Source: Octopus sinensis
Lineage: Eukaryota
Direction of reading: 5' to 3'
Length of the DNA: 64,000 bases
Assembly (NCBI RefSeq): GCF_006345805.1
Contig: NC_043018.1
Coordinates: 4,340,001 to 4,404,000, forward strand
Made by a program: the position numbers and the translations under genes. Below, piece by piece: positions 14,541-28,677 of the stretch. Within the stretch, counting starts at the first letter, position 1, and each line of letters begins with the position of its first letter. The notes beneath the pieces were generated by a model. It searched no databases. It was not told the DNA's origin and saw nothing but the letters and a program-made list of their open reading frames with translations.

Positions 14541-15661
14541 GCTTCTTTCAGTTTCTGTCTATGAAATCCACTTACGAGATTTGGTTGGCCCAAGGCTATA
14601 GTAGAAGACACTCTTTAAAGTATAGAGTTGAATTTCGTGTAGCCACCTGTTGGCAACTTTTCTCCCCACCTATTTTGTAGGGGTATTGCCCATTTTTCTG
14701 GGCTTTTTTCACAGCTATACCCCGTTTGAAATTTGCATTAGTTTTTGTATGAGAAAAAAAAGGAAGAGAAGGGGCTTGCTTCTAGTTTGTAGAGAAAACA
14801 TTAAACATGCCTGAAAAAAAAAACATGCTTTCCCCTGTCCCAACTAAAAGACATGAAGAACAATGAAAGAAGGCGAATAAACACCTGAAAGACTTTCCCT
14901 CTATTCATTACAAAATGTTTTCCCCTCTTCTTCATTGTTAAAAGTAAAGAAACCAGAAAAAAATCAATCATATTTCAGTTTAATTATCATTTTAAATGAG
15001 TGAGGCTTTCCTTTCTCTTTCTCTCTCACTCCTTTTCTCTGCAGTTAAGAGAGTGAACATGCGTGGCTCAGTGGTTAGGGGCATTCAGCCCATGATCCTA
15101 AAGTCATGTGTATGATTCCCAGTGGCATGCTGTATTCTTGAGCAAGGTACTCTACTTCACTTTGCTGCAGTCCACTCAGCTGTCAAAAATAAGTTGTAGC
15201 TGTAATTCAAAGGGGCCATCCTTGTCACATTCTGTGTGACACTGAATCTCCCTGAGAACTACGTTATGCTATGCATGTCTGTGGTGCACTCAGCTACTTG
15301 CGAGTTGATTTTATCCTCGTGTGGTAATGAAAAGTGAAAATGACATCCAATATTTGCTGTAGCTGTTTGTCTTTAATTTAAAATGTGTCTATGTATCTAT
15401 GTATCAACTTTTTTTTCGATCTATGCATCTACCGCCTCTCTCACTTTCTAACTTTCTTTCTCACTTCTTCTGTATCCCTCCTCTCTCCTGCTTTTAATTT
15501 AATTTAACAATGTGTGTATGTCTCAATGTATCTACTTTTCTTTTGATCTATGTATCAACTTTTGTTTTGCTGTATGTATCAGTCTACACTGAAAATATTG
15601 ATAAATATTTTACCTCTCCCTTCAACTGTAGAAAGTAACAGCAACATCATCCAGAGCTATT

Positions 15662-15695
<34 letters not shown>

Positions 15696-18600
15696 AACAG
15701 AATAACTGTCAGACAGATAAGCAACATTTCTTTTTGCAATTTCTATATTTTCAACAGCTTTATCATATACTAGCATTAAAGACCCGTCGTTGCCGGGTCA
15801 TAGTGCTAGTGCATGTATATATGTGTTATATATGTGTACATATTACATGTACATCTATATATATACATCTACACATAAAATACAAAATACAAAGTTATAT
15901 CTTGATATCACTAGTGATAACAATACTCAAAATATATAACAGACTGGAATTGTTAGCCCGTCTCTTGTAATTTCGATCAATTGTATCTTGTCCTCCCTCT
16001 TATATAGAAGTGTGGCTACAATCCAGCCTACCTCTACTTCGGGGGGGGGGGGTCACTTTTACTTTTTTTCCGGGACGTCCTACGTCCCAGATATAAAGGT
16101 GAAAATAAAATATTTCCACTTTGCAAGTTCGAGTCGAGTACTCCCTTGCACGCTCCATTGATTTGAACCTTGCTTCTATTGTGGCGAATTTACCACCTCT
16201 GATTAGATACCTTTCCTAGTCGCACCAAGACACTTTTCGAAGGTGCTTTCCTCCATGTGTTCAAATCTTTATAGACAATAGTCTTTTCTTTAATTTAATT
16301 TTTTATTATCCATCTGGACTATTCCATTTCTGCACGCTAATTTTATTTTTAATTTATTCCCATTCATGTGAAACCACTTATTCAAGTTCAAGTCATTGAT
16401 GCAATTTTATACCAATTGCTATTTTTACTTTTGTTATGTTACGATTATATTATACTTTAGTTTGATTTTAATTATTACTTACTACATATAATTCAATTGT
16501 TATTATTATTTTTATTGTTAAAGTGAAAGTATCTGACATAAAATAGAGAAATGTTTTTGTTTCACTTTTAACACATAATACTGAAATAGTGGAGAAGATA
16601 TGATATTGCTATGGGCTCGCTCTAGGCAAGAAGTTGAACATTTTCTTTGCCCATGACACTCCCCGGACCCTAAGTAAGGCATGTGTAAAATTTGAATGAA
16701 ATTGGTTGCGTAGTTCTCAAGTTTTAGGGAAATACACAGACAGACAGACAGACACACATTCTCAGTTTTATATATATAAAGATCATTGAAAACAAAAAAA
16801 GTTTTCTGACGTTTTCTGTATAAGAATGGGTTCCATTCTCCATATTATTCACTATCCACTCCCTTCACTCAATCTATCTCTCTAAATCTCTCTCTCTTTT
16901 TCTTCTTCCCTGCCCTATATTTCCTCTGCTTTTTTCCCTCCCCTCTCTCCTGCTTTGCCACTCACTTCCACTATACCTCCTTTGCTTAACACCTTTTATT
17001 TCTCTTTTCCTTTGTACTTCTCCCTTCAACCTTTTTACCTCTTCCTTTGAAGTAAGTGTAACACAGGTACGTACAACAACGAAAAGTTGGCGTATTGATA
17101 TTATTGATAATACTGTATATATATTTGTGAGCATGCATTTGTGTGTGTGTGTGTGTACAGGTCTGTGTGTTTGTGTGTGTGTATATGTGTGATGTATGTG
17201 TGTGTTTACTTACGACTATTTTCTCTGTTAGGTTCCTCAGCTGGAGAAATTCCATCAGGAACTGTTTCTGGGCATTTGTGAACAACAGCCCTACCTAATA
17301 CACTGTTTCGTACCAGTTTTAGTAATGGTATTTCTGTGTCTGGCTGAATTTGTCTCTTGTCCTGTAGAATGAGAATCATTGAAAAATGTCATTTGCGTCA
17401 ATGGAAATCTCTAAGTGGTGGTTCAACTTGCTAGACATAGCAGCCAAATATCTATCACATAACACCAGACTTCCACAAAAGAAATGTTAGTTAATGTAGT
17501 CTTAGGTACACTGAATAAATGACAGGTACACTGAATAAATGACAGAAGATCAATGCCTTTGTTCATAGATTGTGTTGGCTTGGTCAGAGTTGCCCTACGC
17601 TAAAACAAAAGTAAAATTCTATTAGAGAAAATCTAGTGTCATGAAAAGGGAAACCAATTTCTAGCAATCCAATGAACATTAAACAAGACAATGGAAATTA
17701 AATGAGACAACGAGCAATTTAAAAGGTGATAAACAATGCACAGTACCTGAACAACAAGCAAAAAAGGAACAATTTACAAGATCATGAACAATCAAAATGT
17801 AATCAGCATTAAAGAAAAAATTAGCAAAATTACAAGACAAAGATGATTGAGCAAAAAGTAAGACAATTAAATAAGATAATGAGACATAAACAAACGATGA
17901 ACAATTTATAAGACACTGAAAAATAAATGAACTTTAACCAAAATGTTAAATGTTAAACAGGTCAGTGAACGGTTAAGATTACATACCAGTTCTGGATGGC
18001 AATTCAATGTATTGCCATCGACAGAGTCTTCAACAATTGTAATCATACTGGAACTGCCAGGAATAGGGAAATGGTTGCAAAATGCCACAAGTGTTAGCAG
18101 ACGCTCATCAGATATGTTCACTTTGATGGAGGGAAGTGTGGTAACAAGTTTGTGTCTGGTAAAGAAACGAAAGGGAGAAAAATACAAACAACATTATCGG
18201 CTTGAAGTAGCATCACTGTGTGTGTGTGAGAAAGAGAGTTCATGTTTGTGTAGGACATGTGTGTGTGTGGATATGCAAGTGAATATGCGTAAATGTGTGC
18301 AATTTAAAGAAATTTCTGCTAATTTAAGAGGATTACAAATAGAAAATAATAACTATAGACACACACACATTAATGCCTATATATGTATGTATACATGTGT
18401 GCTTGTTATGTGCGTGCACATGTATGTACACACACACACACACACACACACACGCGAATACATGTGTGTGTGTGTAAGTGCTGGATTCAGATAATATCTT
18501 TGGCATAGCTTCTATAGCCAGATGCCATTCCTAACACCAACCACTTTAGAGAGTGAACTCTGGGTACTTTTCTTGTGGCACCAGCACTAGTGAGGTCACT

Positions 18601-20097
18601 ATACAGCCTACAAGTCTGCATGGCAACCTCACTTCAACTATGTAAGTCTACAATAGACAGGAAGGAGACTTCACAGCAAGTGACAAGGAGTTAAGGTACA
18701 AAAGAAGGGGCCCAGAACGGAACAGGTTTCTTGCTGTAGGGGAGCTACATGGCTGCTCATAGATGAATGGGTGGGATTAATCAGGGTAGAACTGGAAAGA
18801 GAGGTGAAACAGTGGTAATAAGGGATCAGGCTGGACCCTTAAGGTATAAGAAGGTGAATAGAAATGAGTGAGGACAAAAGAAGAAAGGATAGGGGTGGGT
18901 AGGAGTTGCAAGAGTGTAGGGGAAAGTTAGGGAAACTTAGAGATGGGGAATGGGTGAGGAGGAGGTGAATCTAATGAATAAAGAACAATGGTTGAGGGTT
19001 AATTGATGGTAACTATAGACTGGAAGAAGATAGGGAAGAGTAAGTGATTCCTGTATAGAATTGAGGGTTAGATGTAGTGAATCAGAGACCAGGGTAGAGG
19101 GGTGGGGAAGGTAGGAGAGAGTGGGTGATGACTGACAATACAGAATCTGGCGTTTTTCTCTGTCACAACATATGAATGAGAAAAGAAGGAGTGATAGATG
19201 AATAAGGAAGGAAGGAAGGGGTGATGGCAAACTGGTAGTGGGACGATGGAAATTTTACGGTGAAAAAACAATCAAACAGCATTTCAACCTTGTGTGAGTA
19301 CATGTGTGTGTGTATGTGTAAAAGGGAGGTGTGTGTGCAACGGAAGTGAGATGGTGAACATTCAACACTAAAAAGAAAAATCAAACAGTGTTTCAACTCT
19401 GTGCGAGTGTATGTGTGTATGTGTGTGCGTGTCCAAGGGAAGTATGTGAATGTTTGTATGTGTGAACCAGTGTTCTTTCAGTAACAAACGATGATTGATG
19501 TCAACTCTCAAAAGACAACCACTGGATAACATTGACAAGTGTATCAATTTGATTTACCATCCATATTCTCTATCTGTTGTGTTAAAAATAATTATTACAA
19601 TCACACACCCACACAAACATACAAATGCAAACTCATTAGAGATAATAATTATTGCCTGATTGTATCAACAAATATAAAACGGCTACAGTTGAAAGGTATA
19701 TTATAGATACACAATCTTAATTTAACAGTTTATACATGTCCCTAATTTATTTATATTAAGAAATTTTTAGTAGATTTTTCACAAAAAATTTGGTAGTAAA
19801 AGTATTAAGCTAAAAAACCTGGTTTTGTGCCTTATTTGTAAATAAAATATTTCAATTAGCTGTCATTTTTGATGGCATGAGAATATAGCAGACAGGGGAA
19901 GGATGAGAAAGGGAGAGAGAGAGAGAGAGAGAAAAAGGAAGGGAGAAAGAAGATAACATGGGTGGGTAGGTTGCTAGAAAGTGTGAGGTGTATGGTGGTG
20001 GTGGTGAGAATATAATTTGGTATCACAGAGGGGTAAACAATGTAATATAAATATATACATGTGTATGTGTGTGTGAGTATGTATGTGTATATGCGGG

Positions 20098-20154
<57 letters not shown>

Positions 20155-22035
20155 GGATTAGTGGTTAGCGTATCTGGCTTACAATCATAAGGTCATGAGT
20201 TCAAAAACCAGTGGTGTATTATGTCCTTGAGCAAGACACTCAATTTCACACTGCCACAGTTCATTCAGATGGCAAAAATGAGTTGTACCTGTATTTCAAA
20301 GGGCCAGCCTTGTCACATTCTGTGTCACACTGAATCTCCCTGAGAATTATGTTAAGGGTCCACATGTGTCTATTGAAGTGCTCAGCCATTCGCACATTAA
20401 TTTCACAAGCAGGCTGTTCCATTGATCAGGGGAACTGGAACCTTCATTGTCATAACCGAGGGAGAGCCAGTCTAGTTTATACACACACATATATGTATGT
20501 AAACAATATTAAACAGTGTTTTGTAAAAATTGTAGGTGTCAAATTTTGGCACAAGGCCAGCAAATTTGGTGTAGAGTGTAAGTCAATTACACCAACCCCA
20601 GTGCATAACTGGTACTTATTTGATCAACCCCGAAAGGATGAAAGGCAAAGTTGATCTTGGTGGAATTTGACCTCAGATCATAAAGATGAGTGAAATGTTG
20701 CTCAGCATTTTGGCCAGCATGCTAGCAGTTCAGCCAGTTTGCCACCCTTGTATCAGCAAATAATAATAATAAGAAGAAATATCAATATATATATATTTCA
20801 AATACGATGGCAGGAATTGAACTTAAAGTATAAAGTGAGTGAGGAAACACCACAAGGCACCCTGTCTAAGACTTTAATAATTCTGTCAGTCCACTGCATG
20901 AAACTGGTTTCTTATTTTATCAATGCTGCAAGGATGAAGGGCAAAGCTGACCCCCAGCAGGGTTTGAAGTCAGGATGCAAGAATCTGGAATGGATACTGC
21001 AAAGTATTTCATTCAATGCACAAATGACTACAAATTCAAAAGAAGCAAGAGGAAGAGAAGGAGACAAAAGAGGAGGCTACTCACTGAGGTAGTTGCTTGT
21101 AATCTGGCTTGACACTGTTAAATAAAGTCATCAACATTTTGGTGCTGGGCAAGATGTGGTAGAGTGAGTCGGGTTCAGTCTGAAAGGTGTGCCAGTCGTC
21201 ACCTGTGGAGAGAAATAGCTGCAGTTCTTTTATCTTCTATCTTTTACTTGTTTCAGTCATTAGAGTGTGGCCATACTGGGGCAGCACTACCTTGAAAAAT
21301 TTTAGTCAAGTGAATCAACCCCAGCACTTATTTCTTTTTTTTTCTTCTTAAGCCTTGGTCTCTTCTGCCAAATCGCTAAACAACTGGGTTGTAAATCCAC
21401 CAACACCGGTTATCAAGCAGTGGGGGGGGGGAAACACTGACACAAAGACAAATAGAAACAAAAAAGTATTTAAGGGGCCTCATTACAGCGAGAGTGGGCA
21501 GTGCGCAATGATGCCATTGACAGGTAGGCCCTGAAATGGTGCGCATTCCTTCCTGATGACCCAATACACTTGTTTGCTTCTTGTTGATTTTTTTTTAAAC
21601 CCATTGCAATAAAATGGTAAATGACTAAATAAATAAATGAATGGTGAATAGGAAGGGGGATCCCCCTTCTTTTTCTCCCTCTCTCGACCTATCTATCTAT
21701 CTATCTATTTATCTACATATCTCATTTGTCATGGAACCTCACCCAAACAAAAACAATGTTCTCTTCTAAACAAGACCACCCCACCAAAAATCATCTGTTT
21801 TATACAAGGTAACAAGCTGTTTGTACATTCACAAAATTTTATTCACCAAGTTTGAGAAACGAATGGAAGTGCTAATAATAATGAAGAAATAAAAAGATTT
21901 TTTTCCAAAATTTCTGACGACCTTTTTTTGACCTTGGAATGTAACAATGAACAAAATGCTACTAAGCATTTTGCCTCGCATGTTAATAATTCTGCCAGCT
22001 TGCCACATTAAAAATAGTAATAATAATACTAATAA

Positions 22036-22066
<31 letters not shown>

Positions 22067-22385
22067 CATTATTATTGTTATTATTATTATTATTATTGTT
22101 ATTATTATCATTATTATTATTGTTATTATTATCATTATTATTATTATTATTTATTATTTATCATTATTATTATATCGACTCTAGGCACAAGGCCTTGAAA
22201 ACTTGGGGGGAAGGGGGCTAGTCAATTATATCGACCCCAGTGCGTAACTGGTACTTATGTCATCAACCCCAAAGGGATGAAAGGCAAAGTTGACCTTGGC
22301 AGAATTTGAACGCAGGACATAGCTGCAGACGAAATAGCACTAAGCATTCCACCAGGCATGCTAATGATTCTGCCAGCTTGCCATC

Positions 22386-22426
<41 letters not shown>

Positions 22427-22437
22427 CATACACACAT

Positions 22438-22501
<64 letters not shown>

Positions 22502-25500
22502 TTGTATGAATGTGAAGGAAAATAAAGGAAATGAAAGCAGAGTACCGCACCTGAATCAGCCAGAAGTATTTTAACTTCATTTATCTTTATCGTAAACTGA
22601 TCATACAGACGGGATTCTATTTCAGACATTGTTGCATCCTGAAAGTAAAAATGAAATTCCTCTCATCTCAGGAATCGATTGTAACCCAGAGGAATCACAA
22701 TTGCTTATTTGCATAATGGTAACAACAACAACACTTAAAATCACAGTAAACATGCATTATTAGTTTCAAATTTATTCACAAACCCAACAATTTCAGGGGA
22801 GAGGGCTACTTGATTACATCAACCCCAGTGCATGACTGGTACTTATTTTATCGACCCTGAAAGAATGAAAGGCAAAGTTGACCTTGGTGGAATTTGAACT
22901 CAAAATGTAAAGACAGACAAAATGCTGTTGAGCATTTTGCCCATTGTGCTAACGATTCTGCCAGCTCCCCCCACCTTAACAGTAAACATACATTATTAAA
23001 ATTAATTCAGATTAACACACATATTTGGGATGGGGTTGTTATCGATTTTATGTTGTGATGCAGGAAAATGATTGATTATTGGACTGATAACTGTAAAAAA
23101 ATCAATAACAGAGCAGTTCTAGGGAAAAGTAATAACTGAAGACAACTGAATGAGATGAAGGAAATATGTATATTTTTTTTCTTTATCTTTTGGTCAGGAG
23201 GGAATGCAGTGCCCATATCTCATTACAGGGCCTCAAAGACTTGTGGGAGAGAAGGAAGGTGGAAGATATCCTCAAACCTAAACATACAATGTGCCTGGTG
23301 GTTGGTGTTAAACAAGACAAGTCTACCACCAATAACAGGCAAAGAGCCAAAACAAATACCACAAGGTATCCATCCAATCTAACATTCCTACAATTCTACC
23401 AATCCATTGCCTTGGATTGGTACTTTTGACCATATCAGGATTTGAACAAATATCATAAAGCATTCTGTCGGATGCTCTAACATCTCTGATTGGTCAAAGA
23501 AAATTTGTTTCTAATGGAAATTGCTATGACAAATGACCGATTGAGTTTCAAGTGTGATGCTAGTTGTCAGCCATTTTGAATTTGCATGCTAAAGGACCAA
23601 GATAGGTGACACATTGCTATATTCAAACAAGAGCTACCTACTACAACAGAATTGATATCCTAAAACCATGGTTCTATGTAAAAAGTACTGGTGTTGAAGC
23701 CATGTAACAAGCACTGTGTAAAAAGCTCTAGTGTCAGTGCTATGTAAAAAGCATTGTTAGTTCCACATAAAAAGCACCAGTGGTGGGGGTCATGCAAAAA
23801 AGCACTGGTGATGGTGCCACATAAAAAGCACCCAGTACACTCTGTAAAGTTGTTGGACTTAGGAAGGGTATTCAGCTGTAGAAACCAAGTGAAAAGAGGC
23901 TATAAAACTTGGTGTGGCACCTGATCTTGCCAACCCCAGTCAAGCCATCCAACCCATGCCAACAAGGAAAATGGATATCAAATGATGATGATGATGATGA
24001 TGTAGATCATGATCATGAGAATGATGTCGATGATGAAGATCATGATGACAATGATGTTGTCCTTGAAGCCATGCCAGAGGTTCTGCAAGGTACACTTCCT
24101 TCACACTTATTGTTCAATTTCATTTCCTTCAATAATAAAAGCTGGGAATTCCTGCATGGTTCTGAAGGAATGCAACTAATTCAGATTCAAAATCAAATTA
24201 AAATTAAGGGATGTGTGAGAAGGTGAGAAGGTGAGAAGACTCAGTGGATGAAGTAACAAATGACCAATCAACGTGTCAGCAGTTTGTATCATGATTTTGT
24301 CATCTTGAAGATGGGAAGATCAGTAGAGGTGTTAGAGAGTTGGATAGAATGCCTTGTGGTATTTTATCTGACTCTCAGCACTCTGATTCAAATCCCGCCA
24401 AGGTCAGCTTTGCTTTTCATTTCTTTCAGGGTCAGTAAGAACAAAACGTCAGTCCAGGGTAGTGGATCTGCAAAACTATTAGTAGACTTGACGAGATACT
24501 TTGTGGTACCTGTTCTGTTATTTTCTTTTGCATACTGATGGTAAGTAAGACTTCTGATGACACTAGTGCCAAACTTTATGATGACCCTAATGGCAAATTT
24601 TGTGATGACACAGGTGACAAAATTTGTTGGTCTAAGTTGGTGAACTTCCTCTTGGACAAGCACCAATGTCATGTCAAGGAGGGGAGAGATTTTCATGCAA
24701 GAGCCACTGCCAACCTTCCTGAAAAAAATTCATCCAAGCATGCAGATGTATGGTCAACCCTGACCAACAGAAGCCATATGTATATTTGCCACTGTGCTGT
24801 ATGGTGTATGGCCTAGTTGTTCTGTCTATGAACAGATTGCACAGAATAGAGACAACTTGCTGCTGCTGTTGCTATGCAGCAACATTTGTGTAAACATTGA
24901 CAAATGGTTTTCCAGCTTAGAGCCTTGTGGGCCTGAATAAGGCAATGTGAAACCACTGTAGTGTATGCTTCTCTTGTATGAAGGCCAACTGGGACTCTCT
25001 GATGCAGGTGAGACATGGATTCAAAAGAGAATAAACACAGTGGAAATTTTCCTTTTAACTTATTGTGGTTTGCCAAAATTATCAGCAACCAAACAATGCA
25101 CTGGCTTGCTATGTAAAAATGTGTTCAAAAAGTTGATTATATTGATATGTCAATACAATGTTAACATTATTAACAATATTAACCCTTTTGTTACCAACCT
25201 GGCTGAAACCAGCTCAGGGTCTGTAGTACAAATGTCTTGTTTTCATAAGTTTTGAATTAAAATCTTCCACCAAACCTTAGTCACAATTTATGTTCCTAAC
25301 ACTAGCTGAATGATAACTAAGTTATTTTACTAAATTCGTTGTTATATTTAAAGTAATTGAAAGAAACACAGAGCATCTCAAAATAAATACAGTAACGAAA
25401 GGGTTAATATGTCAATTCACTGTTTATGACATTGACACGTCAATATGTCAATACTATGTTGACAAGTCAGTGCTATGTTGACAGATTTTAAATGCTTTGT

Positions 25501-28500
25501 TAATGCAATATAGGCAATGCTGGTATGCCAATCCAATGTTGACATTATTGACAATATATCATGTCAGTGCAATGTTGACATGCCAATGGAATGTTGATAT
25601 TTTTGACAATATTTGCATGTCAGTGCAATGTTGACATTGACAATATTCGCTGTGGTGACAATATTTGCTGTGGTGACAAATTTTAAATGCTATGTTGACA
25701 ATCTTGGCCTGTCAATATAATGTTGTCAATATTGATGTATCAGTAAGGCAGTGTGCTGGCAGAAATGTTAGCATGCTGAGTGAAATGCTTAGCAGTATTT
25801 CGTGTCTTTACATTCTGAGTTCAAATTCTGCCAAGGTTGACTTTGCCTTTCATCCTTTCGGGGTCGATAAATTAAGTACCAGTTGCATACTGGGGTCAAT
25901 CTAATCAACTGGCTCCCTCCCCCAAAAAATTTGGTCCTTGTGCCTAGAATAGAAAAGAATATTGGTGTATCAGTATTGTATTGACAAAGCAAAACATTGG
26001 TTGAGAGAGAGTATGGCAGAGTTCTTATTGGTGATGAGAAACAAAGAACATGGTATATTAAAGAAGATAAATTATATAATGAGAGCAGAATGAATGTTTG
26101 AAGACTAGTGTGGCTGTAAAAATCTGTACATCATGGATACAGTTATCAAAGGATCTACAAATGGAGGAGATAGTTGACATTGGGTTCAATGGACAAACAT
26201 AAGCTTGTAAGCATTTATACAACAACTAAACGGAGCTTTTTGATCTAATTCCATATTGTTGTTTGTTCTATGGTAATAACATTATTAATAATCAATATCA
26301 AAAGCTTAATAATGATGATTATAATAATAATTCTTTCTACTAAAGGCACAAGGTCTGAAATTTGGAGATGGACCAAATTGATTACATTGCCCCCCCCCCC
26401 CCCCCCAGTATTCAACAAGGGACATATTTTAGCAACCCTGAAAGAATGAAAGGTAAGGTAGACCTTGGCAGAATTTGAATTCAGAACTGTCTTTTGTGTG
26501 GTGTGCTAACAGCTCTGCTAGTTTGGATGATGATGATGATGATGATGTTCTCTTTATTAACCACAAGAGTCAACAAAAGGGTGAGAACAATATTGTTTGG
26601 TATTACATAAAAAACACGAGCAACATCAACAACAACAACTATAAAATTAATAATAATAATAATAATAATAATAATCACCGAGCCTGAGTCAAACCAAATA
26701 ATAATAATGTATCTGGGGTATGTATGGGCCAATGAGTTTGTGTGTGTGTAACTGATTGAGCTGTTAAATATCAAAAGCATATTCTTCACTGCACATAAAT
26801 CTTTTCTTAAAGTAATTATGACAATAACACCATCACCACTGCTAACAACAACAACAACAACAACGATATTCCATTCAGGTGGCAGTAAATATTTTGATAA
26901 TAATATTGCATTCAAGTGGCAGCAGATAATTTTGATGCATCACTAACTGAAATTGATAAAGTAATTATTTTAATGTTGTCAAAGTAATTAAGTAAATCAA
27001 ATCCATGGTAGATCATCATTATTGGAATCTGTCGTTAACAAATTTAATTCATATTTCAATTTTTAAAAAATACAAATAAATAAAACCTTGTTTCTGTGGA
27101 AATACAAATGATAGAATTAGCTTTCTGTTAAATAATAAATAAATATAAACAAAATATAGTAAAGCTGTAGTTTTTCTTTCTCTAAGACAATTAGAATTTA
27201 AAAAGCTTTTATAAAGAAAATAATGAAAACATCTTTAAGAATTGCCATGGGTAAACAACAATCATGTTTTGCAAAAACACACAGAAAGAGATACAGAAAG
27301 TTAGCTAGGGGCAGGCATAGCTGTGTGGTTTAGTTCTGGTTTCAATCTGTCCATGTGGTGCAGGGGTAGTTTTAAAAGCTTTTTTGACCCACCAGGTAAG
27401 GCAATGCACTGAGGATCTAAAATATTCATTTATTATCGACAAAAGCCACAACTTATACAGATTGAAACTGGGCTCCTAGATCTTGGGTACCCCTGGGGAA
27501 ATTTTCCAGTGTGCCTATGCCTCAAGATGGTGCTGCCTGTGTGGCACCTTGGACACACTGTTTTTTACCACTGACCCAGGAAAGAAATTTGCTTAGCGGG
27601 TGCAAACCCAGGTCCAAAATATTTTTAAAATTATTTTTATTCTTTTTTATTTTTTTGTTTTTGTTTTGAAAAGAAACCTAACTTCAAGCTACTTTCTACA
27701 GATCCCTTTTTACACACTGTTTTCTAAACTTGAGGAAAGTAAGTAGGGGTGTAAATATTGATTTTGCATCTCCCCAAATTTTAGGGGATGATCTTGCAAC
27801 CCCTACACTACCTGTTCCTAAGCTCATGTTTTGCACAGTTGCCTTGGGGTAACAAATACCATGAGACTTGGTAGATAGAAATTGAGCAGAAGCCCATCAT
27901 ACATGTAAGGGGTCTCTGTTGTTTGATGAAGAAGATTCAGATGTACCATTGACTGAATTATCTGCTCCTGATTAATGGTTGAGCACCACACAGACAGACA
28001 AAACTTTGAGTAAATATCTTCTTAGATCACATTGGACTGACTTGAACTGCATGCTTAAAATTCGGATAAATAGGAACAGTGTGAGAACCACTTCATGTAA
28101 CTGGACATGTAGTTCAAAAGAGCCAACCTTATCATGTTTTCTGTTACACAGATTATGCCTGAGGATTAAATCAAGGGTAAAAGTGACTGTGGAATATTCA
28201 ATGAAGTTTCCCTGGAAAATCTGAAAGCTGTTCTCGGCAAAAAAGTTGAACTGATTCAAAGCCATTGTGAGAGCTTCTAAATGGTTGTGGAACCAGTTAG
28301 AAACAGCAACAAAATCTGCTTTATATTACAGACCAAAACTTTAAAAAATGGAAGGATACATTAGAAAACAGAGTTCTGAGTGTCACTGTGAATTAAAAAA
28401 CAAAAGATGGGCTGGTCGAAGGGGGGGGGGTGATGTTAAGCAGCTCAGCAGTGACGAGAATGACTGATTTATTATAGAATGAAAATACGGTGTCCCAGAA

Positions 28501-28595
28501 ACACAACAAAAACACTCCGCAGTACATTTAAACACAATATGTGGAAATAATACAATACCTTCTCTGCTTTGTTTCTCTAGACAAAAAATTATCAA

Positions 28596-28677
<82 letters not shown>

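Noticed and set aside
17505-17545. 20-bp direct duplication (similar ones near 45183 and 55143)
   Set aside because: Ordinary local slippage duplications.
17943-18494. 183-aa + strand ORF
   Set aside because: Antisense shadow of a VPS13 exon plus microsatellites.
25400-25745. CRISPR-like repeat-spacer array
   Set aside because: Eukaryotic intron, irregular degenerate units, no unique spacers or cas genes.
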